DNA of 64,000 nucleotides from Desulfuromonadales bacterium (lineage in GTDB: Bacteria > Desulfobacterota > Desulfuromonadia > Desulfuromonadales > SZUA-540): assembly GCA_033549025.1 (NCBI GenBank), contig JAWSUS010000002.1, positions 64,001 through 128,000 of the forward strand, read 5' to 3'. Made by a program: the position numbers and the translations under genes. Positions 1 through 9,058 of this stretch are shown here, piece after piece. Below the pieces are notes generated by a model that was not told where the DNA came from, did not search any database, and saw only the letters and a program-made list of their open reading frames with translations. Within the stretch, counting starts at the first letter, position 1; each line of letters opens with the position of its first letter.

Positions 1-132
1 AACCTTGGACATCGCCTTTTAAGGGCGTTTTTGGACCACGGAGGGAAACATCTTCAAGAGCTGTGCCTTTTAAAAGGGAATATCGATATTAAATCTCCTC
101 ATGCCCTTGGAACATAACTTTTGTTCGCCTTC

Positions 133-188
133 AAAAACAAGAAAAGCGGCTGACCGGATTCCTCAGGGAGAAGAACTCGGCCAGCCGC
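133..188 (-). terminator. Rho-independent terminator ending the extH/extI-like operon
   Basis: Minus strand GCGGCTGGCCG...CCGGTCAGCCGC stem followed by TTTTCTTGTTTTT. Confidence 0.7.
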
Positions 189-227
189 GCATGGCAAGTG
201 CCAATATCAGGAGGCTTCAGCCAGCGT

Positions 228-338
228 TTAACGTTTGCTGACCTTCGTTTTTGCCCTCTTCCCAGCAAAAGCCACGCTGGAGGACAACATAGCGATGATG
301 GTTAGTATGAGCCGTTTTCTTGCTGGTGTTTCTCCTTT
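228..338 (-). pseudogene. Remnant of a small secreted protein (possible extJ-like vestige) with no start codon
   Basis: RBS AAGGAGA (331-337) precedes frame ARKRLILTIIAMLSSSVAFAGKRAKTKVSKR*, which looks like a signal peptide with an AFA cleavage site. There is no ATG/GTG/TTG at the expected spacing. It lies directly after the porin gene. Confidence 0.45.
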
Positions 339-358
339 TGTGCCGGAGTTACCAGAGG

Positions 359-1543
359 TTAAAAAATGAGCTGCAGCTGTGCGGTCAGGGTGTTGATATC
401 TTCGGTCTTCAGGTCGTTGACACCGAAGGTGCCTTCCTTGTCAAAGTCAACGACAGAATATTCCACCGTCAGCTTAAGACTCTGGCCACGGAAATAGTAG
501 TTGACCCCGCCCGCGTAGGCGGTGATTTCCTGGTCGTAGATGTTATTCAGGCTGGCGAAGGACCACTGCTCATAGCGTCCGAAAAATTGCAGGGGAGTGT
601 TGGGCAGCATGTAGCCGGCCTTGGTGTAACCACCGTTCTTCTGGCCATTGATGCCGGTGAGGCCGGCGGCGGTGTTGGCCTGATAGGCGTCGTCGAGGTC
701 GTAATCGACATAGGCGGCGGACAGGGTGAAGGTGCCGACCTCTTCAATGGGGTACTCGAAGAAGCCGTCCACGGTCCAGGCGCTGTAATCGACGGATCCG
801 CTGCCGGGAGCTTCGTACTCGACGTCAGACTCGAACTGGTAGGCTGCGCCCAGGGTAAGCACCCTCTTCTCGCCCAGGTAGGTGCCTTTGTAGCCGTAGC
901 CGGTCTCTTTGTCGAGCAGGCTTACGTGACCTCGGGCGCTGTAGCGCAGGTTCGATTTGGGGGTGGAGTCGTTGTCGTTGCGGCCGTTCATGGCGTCAAG
1001 GCGGTACTGGAACATGCCGTCGGCCAGATTGCCCCACAGGGCCACCCCTTTGTCGCGGGTGCTGACGTAGGGAGCGCGGATGAAGTTGGAACGGTCGAGA
1101 GTCAGCGGCATTTCGCAGGCTTCGAGGTTTTCCCGGGTCAGGCTGTACTTGAATTTACCGACCCAGACGTTGACCTGCTCGTTGAGCTTGAAGCGCATGA
1201 CGGCATCGAGAATCTGAAAATCGGAATTTTCGCCATCGGTCACAGCCAGAGTGCCGATGTTGTTGTCCTCATTGAATTCGGTCTGTACATACAGCCCGAA
1301 GTTGGAACCGTAAGCGCCCATAAAGGCGAGGCGATTGCGGCGGAAGTTGAATTCGGTGGCGGCTTCGTCGTTGTCCTCGCCGGCGCCGGTGTCACGATGA
1401 GACAATTGGAACTGCCCTTTGTATTCAAACTTTAGCAATCCCTTGTCTTCGGGACCAAACTGCCAGGTCGGTCCGGCCAGGGCACTGGTAGCCAACAGCA
1501 TCCCGGCCAGGGCGCCCACGACGCCTGTTTTAATCCATTTCAT
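359..1543 (-). CDS. extI: Outer-membrane porin, phosphate-selective porin O/P family, ExtI-like (selenite/tellurite/sulfur reduction operon)
   Basis: Signal peptide (ALA-G), FNFRRNRL and VWVGKFK...SLTRENL motifs, aromatic beta-strands, C-terminal QLQLIF; downstream of a rhodanese lipoprotein. Confidence 0.75.
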   Translation of the reverse strand: MKWIKTGVVGALAGMLLATSALAGPTWQFGPEDKGLLKFEYKGQFQLSHRDTGAGEDNDEAATEFNFRRNRLAFMGAYGSNFGLYVQTEFNEDNNIGTLAVTDGENSDFQILDAVMRFKLNEQVNVWVGKFKYSLTRENLEACEMPLTLDRSNFIRAPYVSTRDKGVALWGNLADGMFQYRLDAMNGRNDNDSTPKSNLRYSARGHVSLLDKETGYGYKGTYLGEKRVLTLGAAYQFESDVEYEAPGSGSVDYSAWTVDGFFEYPIEEVGTFTLSAAYVDYDLDDAYQANTAAGLTGINGQKNGGYTKAGYMLPNTPLQFFGRYEQWSFASLNNIYDQEITAYAGGVNYYFRGQSLKLTVEYSVVDFDKEGTFGVNDLKTEDINTLTAQLQLIF

Positions 1544-1564
1544 AGGTCACTCCTTATTTAGGGT

Positions 1565-1591
1565 CGCGGTCACCGCATTCCGGTGACCGCG
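1565..1591. repeat. Perfect 11-bp intergenic hairpin between extH-like and extI-like genes
   Basis: CGCGGTCACCG-cattc-CGGTGACCGCG, no U-tract. Confidence 0.85.
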
Positions 1592-1610
1592 TGTCTGTTA
1601 TGTTGGATGA

Positions 1611-3599
1611 TCAGCAACCACCGCCGGTCGGGACGAAGGGGGTCGGTGCACTACCACCGCCGCCACCAGTCGAACCACGATAGGCTTCATCCTCCTTGCG
1701 GATTTCATTCCCATCCCCGTTGTAATCCGGGTAAGTTTCCACCGTAGGCCAGTTCACGCCTGGGATATAGGTCTTCTTCTGGAGGTAGCTGTCGGAGTCA
1801 CTGCCGTCCGTATCTGTTCCGTTGTCGTTCAGGATCGATGTCGGTCGGAAAATGACACTCTCCGAGCGGCTTACGGTATCCCAGGTCGGGTTGCCTGAAA
1901 GGGCGCCGCCGAGTTTGATGGAAGTGCCCACATCATTCCCGTTAGCGGCATCGACGAACCATCCGGAGTTCTCGTCCCACTGGAAATAACTGTTTTTGTC
2001 CGCAAAAATGACCGCGGAGGGGATTCCCCCTGGGTAGGAGGGGAAGGTCGTGTAGGCGTCGTTCTTGATATAGGTGTCATCGGCGGGCTCATAGGCCGTC
2101 ATGACCGCCCATTCGTTCCAGGACCCATCATAGGTACGTACATCTTCAAAGCCGCAGACCTCCTGCAGGGCAAAAGCGTAGACGGATGCCAGGGCGCCTG
2201 AGTTGCAGTAGACGACAATCGGCTTGGTCCCATCAATTCCCGCCGCTGCGAAGGCATTGATCAGGGTTTCTTTGTCGGCGTATTTTGTGGATCCTGCAGT
2301 GCCTCCCGGGCCGATCGCTTCAGTAACCACGGGTACAGTGATGTTCCACTGAGGGCCGCCGTTTTTGACTAGTTTGGCCCCTTTTATCTTCCCTTCAAAG
2401 GCTGCGGGCTTGGCGCCCAGGGGAATGACCACCATTCCTTTGGTCGGGTCCGTATCATCCTTCCACTGGAAACGAATCCATGGGGACCCCGCCGCAGGAT
2501 CAAAGGGAAGGGGGTTTTCCATGCTGAAAGAAGGAATCCGTTGCACAGTCAGATTCGGATCATTGAAAAGCATCGCACTCAGGGTCAACTCCCGCATCGA
2601 AGAATCGGTGAACAGCTTTGTCACATCGCTGTAGGCATAACCCGAAACCTCGAAAATATCCGGAGCGCCGTTCCCGTTCGCATCGGTCAAATAAAAGGGG
2701 GTGGGAGGCTGTCTGGCATCGAGTACCACAACTTTTGCCGGATCGTCATCGGGAAGGGAGGTGCGGCCGCTGTCCACCATGTCAATCAATTCGCCGATAC
2801 TGATGCGCACGTCAAAGAAGCGCTTGGGCAATTCCATGACGCTGAAATCTGAAGGGGTCACATTGGCCAAGGTGACGACTCCCTTTTCCAGGGGAGCCTC
2901 GGTAGGATGGTTGGCTTTCATGTACATGGCGTAAGCACGATTGCCACCATCCAGAATGCGGATATTCTTTTTGGCAAAACCCCAGTAGCGCAGCGTCCAC
3001 CACAATCTTGAAGAACAGAATCCGGGATAGTCCTGGCGGGCCGTCGTCATGACAAGGACATCGTCTTTGGTGATGCCATAGCGCTGCAGCATCTGATCGA
3101 TGAGGGAACCTGTCCCGACTTCGTGGTCAGCGAGAAGAGGACCGTCGTTGCGGGGTGTTACCTCATAGCCTTCATGGGAGACGCTGGGCAGAGCGCCAGG
3201 TATGTGCCCCAGGACTCCGGCTGCATCGAGTTTGGCGATCATTATGTACTGAGGGGCATCGACGCCGTACTGGGCCGCCATGTTAGTCCTTATCTTGTCG
3301 GCATCCCCGGCCATCCAGCTTTCGACATCAGAATAGGGGAAAACACCCGAGGGGTTGGGTAAGCAATCTAATATCACCACCCGATTTCCTTCTTCCGTTT
3401 TATAACCATTATCAATCCAGCTTTTCAAAGTCTCTGGTTCAATAAGGGCATTTGCTGTCGCATCATCCTTATAATATTCGGCATCCGGATCATCATAACT
3501 GTCCGTGCTGCAACCCGTCAGGCCCACAGCGGCGGCCAGCAGCAGAGCCATAAGCCATGCCACCATTTTTCCGCTCTCTTTTACGCCTCCATACTTCAT
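1611..3599 (-). CDS. extH: Tandem-domain rhodanese/sulfurtransferase lipoprotein, ExtH-like
   Basis: Lipobox LTGC; GHIPGA, RLWWTLRYWGF, ILDGG, active-site loop VVYCNSG and YDGSWNEW rhodanese signatures; Gly-rich tail ending GGGC. Confidence 0.75.
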   Translation of the reverse strand: MKYGGVKESGKMVAWLMALLLAAAVGLTGCSTDSYDDPDAEYYKDDATANALIEPETLKSWIDNGYKTEEGNRVVILDCLPNPSGVFPYSDVESWMAGDADKIRTNMAAQYGVDAPQYIMIAKLDAAGVLGHIPGALPSVSHEGYEVTPRNDGPLLADHEVGTGSLIDQMLQRYGITKDDVLVMTTARQDYPGFCSSRLWWTLRYWGFAKKNIRILDGGNRAYAMYMKANHPTEAPLEKGVVTLANVTPSDFSVMELPKRFFDVRISIGELIDMVDSGRTSLPDDDPAKVVVLDARQPPTPFYLTDANGNGAPDIFEVSGYAYSDVTKLFTDSSMRELTLSAMLFNDPNLTVQRIPSFSMENPLPFDPAAGSPWIRFQWKDDTDPTKGMVVIPLGAKPAAFEGKIKGAKLVKNGGPQWNITVPVVTEAIGPGGTAGSTKYADKETLINAFAAAGIDGTKPIVVYCNSGALASVYAFALQEVCGFEDVRTYDGSWNEWAVMTAYEPADDTYIKNDAYTTFPSYPGGIPSAVIFADKNSYFQWDENSGWFVDAANGNDVGTSIKLGGALSGNPTWDTVSRSESVIFRPTSILNDNGTDTDGSDSDSYLQKKTYIPGVNWPTVETYPDYNGDGNEIRKEDEAYRGSTGGGGGSAPTPFVPTGGGC

Positions 3600-3721
3600 T
3601 TCTGCCTCCTCGATTGGTTGGGATGATTCCCCTTGTCCGAAAAGTTCGACGGCCAGGCTGATCGCAAGCGTCTACGCTAAATAACGGAGCAACCCACTAA
3701 CTTCGCCCATAAATCAATTGA

Positions 3722-3750
3722 ACTTTAAGGGGTTTTTGGCCTAGTATGAA
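3722..3750 (-). promoter_or_regulatory. Putative sigma70 promoter of the extH-like operon
   Basis: Minus strand TTCATA-17 nt-TAAAGT. Confidence 0.45.
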
Positions 3751-3771
3751 GCGAGTAATTTTCATGACATT

Positions 3772-3786
3772 ATGCGTCTGACGCAT
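3772..3786. promoter_or_regulatory. LysR-type operator (T-N11-A palindrome)
   Basis: ATGCGTC-T-GACGCAT perfect inverted repeat in the divergent intergenic region. Confidence 0.7.
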
Positions 3787-3802
3787 GACCCGAGGCACCC
3801 TG

Positions 3803-4720
3803 ATGGAATCGACCTACCTGAAGACCCTGCTTGAAGTCGTTCGCACCGGAAGTCTGACCAAGGCTGCCGACACCCTGTGCGTAACCCAGTCCGCCATATC
3901 CCGGCGCATCAAGTTCATGGAAGAACAATACGGCTACGAACTTATCGACCGCTCCGGCCCCGTGTTGACGCCGACCGCCGTGGGTGAGCTGGTGGTGGAT
4001 AAAGCACGCAAAATTCTGGAGATCGAGCAGGAACTCTTTTCCGGCCTGGGCCTGCTTAAAAGCAAAAAAGCCCTCGCCTTTGTCTGCACGCCCACCTTTG
4101 GAATCATTTATCTTCCTGAGATCATGAGAGATTTCATCCTCTCCAATCCGGATACGGGAGATCTGAAATTTGGTCTGGAAATGCCAGAGACTATTGTGAA
4201 GGGATTAAAGGAAGGCGCCTATGAGATGGCTGTAGTGGAGCATTGCCAGTGCTTCGACCTGGCCGACTTTGAAACTATTCCCCTGCCCGGGGACGAGATG
4301 GTCTTCGCCGTCTCCTCCAAGTTGAACCTGGCAGGACCGCAGGCATCTCTCGACGATCTCTTTGAGCACACCCTCTACTCCCGCAGCGAGGGCTGCTGTT
4401 CGCGGACGCTGCTGGAAAACAATCTGAACAACATGGGTATGGATATCGGCAGGTTTAATCGAACGGTGATTTACGATGACGTGCATATCATTGTCGATGC
4501 CCTGATTCGGGGCGAAGGGGTGGGTTTCATCTCCACCGACCTGATCCGTTCCCATGTCAAAGAAGGAAGACTTCAGGAATTACGGGTGGAGGGTTTCATC
4601 CATCAGCGCAATCGTACCTTCATCCACAGCGGCTGCCTGCCTGAATGCAATGCCGGCAGAGCGTTTGTGCGTGCCATAATGGCCCATTTCAACCTGGAAC
4701 TGCCCTGCCCTCCTCTTTGA
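3803..4720 (+). CDS. LysR-family transcriptional regulator
   Basis: N-terminal HTH (GSLTKAADTLCVTQSAISRRIKFMEE) plus substrate-binding domain. Start 3803 has a GAGG RBS; alternative ATG at 3785. Confidence 0.92.
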   Translation: MESTYLKTLLEVVRTGSLTKAADTLCVTQSAISRRIKFMEEQYGYELIDRSGPVLTPTAVGELVVDKARKILEIEQELFSGLGLLKSKKALAFVCTPTFGIIYLPEIMRDFILSNPDTGDLKFGLEMPETIVKGLKEGAYEMAVVEHCQCFDLADFETIPLPGDEMVFAVSSKLNLAGPQASLDDLFEHTLYSRSEGCCSRTLLENNLNNMGMDIGRFNRTVIYDDVHIIVDALIRGEGVGFISTDLIRSHVKEGRLQELRVEGFIHQRNRTFIHSGCLPECNAGRAFVRAIMAHFNLELPCPPL

Positions 4721-4874
4721 AGAACATCATCCCAGACCGAAGCTCAGCAGCTGACCATAACCGGGCAGCAGTCTCACGCCCTGCTTGCGGCAGAATTCAA
4801 CGCAGATCCCGCATCCCGTACCCCCCTGACAGCTTGAGTTCATCATTTTTTTGTCCTTTGTTGATAAAAACAGG

Positions 4875-4903
4875 TTGACTCCATCCGCCTATGCGGATAC
4901 TTT
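4875..4903 (+). promoter_or_regulatory. arsR promoter with overlapping ArsR operator
   Basis: TTGACT-17 nt-TACTTT; the spacer carries the palindrome ATCCGC-ctat-GCGGAT. Confidence 0.75.
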
Positions 4904-4909
4904 CTTCCT

Positions 4910-5239
4910 ATGAAACAAACAGCCAAACAATTCAAGGCCCTCTCCGACGAAACGCGGCTGCGCATTCTTTCCCTGCTGGGTGCTGGTGAACTGTGCGTCT
5001 GCGATCTCATGGCTGTTCTCGAGCTGCCCCAGTCGACGGTTTCACGCCATCTAGCCACCCTGCGCAATGCGACCCTAGTGGAGGACCGTCGCCAGGGGGT
5101 ATGGATGTACTACCGTCTGACGGTCGATGACAGCTTTCTGCTTGGATTGTTGGAAAAACTGGCCATCACTCCGCAGGGGAAAACGGATCGAGCCGCCCTG
5201 CAGGACTTTCTGACCAAAAAAAACACGGGCTGCACCTGA
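4910..5239 (+). CDS. arsR: ArsR/SmtB-family arsenic-responsive repressor
   Basis: FKALSDETRLRIL, ELCVCDL metal-binding box, QSTVSRHL HTH; leads the ars operon. Confidence 0.92.
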   Translation: MKQTAKQFKALSDETRLRILSLLGAGELCVCDLMAVLELPQSTVSRHLATLRNATLVEDRRQGVWMYYRLTVDDSFLLGLLEKLAITPQGKTDRAALQDFLTKKNTGCT

Positions 5240-5255
5240 TTTTTTTGAGGTTAAG

Positions 5256-5272
5256 CATCCGCCTATGCGGAT
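5256..5272. promoter_or_regulatory. Second ArsR operator copy
   Basis: CATCCGCCTATGCGGAT, identical to 4882-4898. Confidence 0.7.
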
Positions 5273-5316
5273 TTTAGGCACGCTCTATGTCCTTTACTCA
5301 CGGAAGGGAAATCCCT

Positions 5317-5727
5317 GTGAAGAAAAAAGTACTCTTTCTCTGCACCCACAATTCCTGTCGCTCCCAGATGGCCGAAGGACTGGTCAATCACGACCTCGGC
5401 GACCGCATCACCGCTTTTTCCGCCGGCACTGAAGCGACCCGGGTCAATCCGCTGGCCGCCAAGGTCATGGCGGAGATCGGCATAGATCTCTCCGGCCACT
5501 CCTCCAAGACGCTGGATCAATTCGCCACCGAATCTTTCGACTACGTCATCACCCTGTGCGGCGACGCCAACGAAAAGTGTCCCCTCTTTTTCGGCGGCGT
5601 TAAGCGAATCCACATGGGTTTCGAAGATCCTTCCCGCCTCCCCGGCAGCGAAGAGGACGTTCTCCCTGAGTATCGCCGGGTTCGGGATGAGATCCGCCAG
5701 GTCATGCAGGAATTTTTCACCACGTAG
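5317..5727 (+). CDS. arsC: Arsenate reductase, thioredoxin-coupled (LMW-PTP fold)
   Basis: VLFLCTHNSCRSQMAEG P-loop, ITLCG...KCP, FEDP; GTG start after GGAAGGG. Confidence 0.92.
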   Translation: MKKKVLFLCTHNSCRSQMAEGLVNHDLGDRITAFSAGTEATRVNPLAAKVMAEIGIDLSGHSSKTLDQFATESFDYVITLCGDANEKCPLFFGGVKRIHMGFEDPSRLPGSEEDVLPEYRRVRDEIRQVMQEFFTT

Positions 5728-5831
5728 GGGCGTGATTCATCACGCCGCTTGTTGCGCCCCCCTACGCATCGGCATCATCAGCCGGCACAGGGCGCAATCA
5801 AACACCTGGGCGCCATGAATGGCGCCCCTAC
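5724..5831. repeat. GTAG-type REP doublet (REPIN-like)
   Basis: GTAGGGGCGTGATTCATCACGCC (5724-5746), inverted copy GGGCGCCATGAATGGCGCCCCTAC (5808-5831), and a partial GCGCCCCCCTAC at 5754-5765. Confidence 0.75.
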
Positions 5832-5844
5832 AAGGGTTCATTTT

Positions 5845-6903
<1,059 letters not shown>

Positions 6904-6957
6904 TTTTCCGACCGGCAGTTTTTGCCGCCACAACCCCCTTCCCTGACGAGACACTTT

Positions 6958-8277
6958 ATGAACTGGAAACAGGAATGGAAACCCCTGGCCACCATCGTTG
7001 CCGTCTTTGCTGCCTGCTACTGGCTGCCAGTGGACTGGCTACAGGCCAGTCGCCGGGTCGAAAACGCCCTGTGGGAATCGCTGCATCTGGTCAAATGGTA
7101 CGCCCAGGAGCACGTCCTCCTCTGTCTGGTGCCGGCCTTTTTCATCGCCGGCGCCGTTGGCGTCTTTGTCAGCCAGGCGGCCGTGATGAAATACCTTGGC
7201 CCCAAAGCCAACAAGCCGCTGGCCTACGGCGTCGCCTCCGTGTCCGGCACCATCCTGGCGGTCTGCTCCTGCACCATATTGCCCCTCTTTGCCGGCATCT
7301 ACCGCATGGGCGCGGGGCTCGGTCCGGCCAGCGCCTTTCTCTATTCCGGCCCGGCCATCAACATCCTGGCCATTGTATTGACCGGGGCTGTACTCGGCCC
7401 CGAAATGGGTCTGGCTCGTGCCGTGGGTGCCGTGACCTTCGCTATTGTCATTGGCCTTCTCATGCACCTGATTTTTCGCCAGGAAGAATTGGCCAAGATC
7501 GACGCGGCCGCCGCCATGCCCGAGCCTGAAGTGGCGCGCCCTCTCTGGCAAAACGGCCTCTACTTCGCCAGCATGGTCGGCATTCTCGTCTTCGCCAACT
7601 GGGGGAAACCGGCCGACCCCGTCGGTCTGTGGCAGGCCCTTTATGCCAGCAAATGGGTCATTACTTCACTCTTTAGCCTGGCCCTGGCGGTAATCCTGGT
7701 GGCCTGGTTTCAGGTCGGGCTGGTGCGGATGCTTGTGACCGCCTTGCCCGTCGTTGTACTGGCTCTAGTCTTTCCCGAACAGCCCATATTCGCCTTTGTC
7801 GCCGGCTTCCTCGGCCTCTCGGTCCTCACGGCCAACGGCAAGGATGAAGAGGGCGAACTGCAGGAGTGGTTCTCTACCAGTTGGGACTTTGCCAAGAAAA
7901 TTTTGCCACTGCTCTTCTGGGGCGTGCTGGTGGCCGGCGCCCTGCTTGGACGCCCCGACCATGAAGGCCTCATCCCTTCCGGCTGGATCGCCAGTCTGGT
8001 GGGGGGGAATTCTCTCTGGGCGAACCTCTTTGCCTCGGTAGTCGGCGCCTTCATGTATTTCGCCACCCTGACGGAAGTTCCCATTCTGCAGGGCTTGATC
8101 GGCGCCGGCATGGGCAAGGGCCCCGCCCTCGCCCTGCTGCTGGCCGGCCCGGCCCTTTCGCTGCCGAACATGCTTGTCATCCGCAGCGTCATGGGCACGA
8201 AAAAGACGGTGGTCTTCGTCGGCCTGGTCATCATCATGGCCACCATTTCCGGTCTGCTTTACGGTGCCATCTTTTAA
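6958..8277 (+). CDS. arsP: ArsP/DUF318-family permease
   Basis: EHVLLCLVPAFFIAG, AVCSCTILPLF, FLYSGPAIN, MYFATLTEVPI, LLAGPALSLP. Confidence 0.8.
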   Translation: MNWKQEWKPLATIVAVFAACYWLPVDWLQASRRVENALWESLHLVKWYAQEHVLLCLVPAFFIAGAVGVFVSQAAVMKYLGPKANKPLAYGVASVSGTILAVCSCTILPLFAGIYRMGAGLGPASAFLYSGPAINILAIVLTGAVLGPEMGLARAVGAVTFAIVIGLLMHLIFRQEELAKIDAAAAMPEPEVARPLWQNGLYFASMVGILVFANWGKPADPVGLWQALYASKWVITSLFSLALAVILVAWFQVGLVRMLVTALPVVVLALVFPEQPIFAFVAGFLGLSVLTANGKDEEGELQEWFSTSWDFAKKILPLLFWGVLVAGALLGRPDHEGLIPSGWIASLVGGNSLWANLFASVVGAFMYFATLTEVPILQGLIGAGMGKGPALALLLAGPALSLPNMLVIRSVMGTKKTVVFVGLVIIMATISGLLYGAIF

Positions 8278-8326
8278 GTCGACGGGCACCGCGCATTCTT
8301 CACCTACTCAAAAAAGGAGACAATCG

Positions 8327-8563
8327 ATGAGAAAAATCCAGATTCTCGGCACTGGCTGTGCCAAATGCAACGAACTGGCCGCCAACGCCAAAGAGGCCGC
8401 GCAGACCCTGGGCGAAGAAGTAGAATTTGAAAAGGTCACGACCATCAACGAGATCATGACCTTCGGCTGCATGACCACGCCCGGACTGGCCATCGACGGT
8501 AAGGTCGTTTCTCAGGGCAAGGTGCTCAAGCCCGAGCAGATCGTCAAACTGCTGCAAGCCTGA
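8327..8563 (+). CDS. Small thioredoxin-fold redox protein (MTH895/ArsE-like)
   Basis: KIQILGTGCAKC, MTTPGLAIDGKV; RBS AAGGAG. Confidence 0.88.
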   Translation: MRKIQILGTGCAKCNELAANAKEAAQTLGEEVEFEKVTTINEIMTFGCMTTPGLAIDGKVVSQGKVLKPEQIVKLLQA

Positions 8564-8599
8564 TATCTTCGCACCATCAACCTGCCGGGAGGTTTACCG

Positions 8600-9004
8600 A
8601 TGTCCATGCGCACCCTTTTTGTCGCGGCTTTCACGGTCTTTTTTGTCCTGAGTCTTACCGCTTGCAACAAGGCTGATTCCGCCGGGTCCAGACCGGATAC
8701 AGCCCCTGCCCCCGGGGTGGCGACCGGTGTGCCGCGCCTCGTTGACCTGGGCGCCGACAAATGCATTCCCTGCAAAATGATGGCGCCGATTCTGGAAAAA
8801 CTGCAAAAGGAGTATGCCGGCAAGATGGACGTGGTGTTCATCGATGTCTGGAAGAATCGGGAAGAGGCCACCCGCTACGGGGTTCAACTTATCCCCACCC
8901 AGATTTTTTACAGTCCCGACGGCAAGGAACTCCACCGGCATCAGGGCTTTATCGGCAAGGAAGACATCCTCGCCACCTGGAGTCAGCTCGGGTACGACTT
9001 CTAA
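8600..9004 (+). CDS. Exported thioredoxin-family lipoprotein
   Basis: Lipobox LTAC; DLGADKCIPCKMM (CxxC); IPTQIF. Confidence 0.85.
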   Translation: MSMRTLFVAAFTVFFVLSLTACNKADSAGSRPDTAPAPGVATGVPRLVDLGADKCIPCKMMAPILEKLQKEYAGKMDVVFIDVWKNREEATRYGVQLIPTQIFYSPDGKELHRHQGFIGKEDILATWSQLGYDF

Positions 9005-9058
9005 AATCGTTCCCGTGGTCGATCTAGCAGCATCCTCTCCAGGCAAAGGACTTTACCG

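Noticed and set aside
190..275. Possible c-di-GMP-I (GEMM) riboswitch, suggested by GGGCAAA and AAGCCTCC fragments on the minus strand
   Set aside because: Could not build the GNRA-capped P2 or the P1 pairing; the segment is better explained by the signal-peptide remnant and the terminator
5749..5844. N-terminal extension of Acr3 in the ORF track
   Set aside because: It reads through the REP element; the family-like sequence begins at ATG 5845
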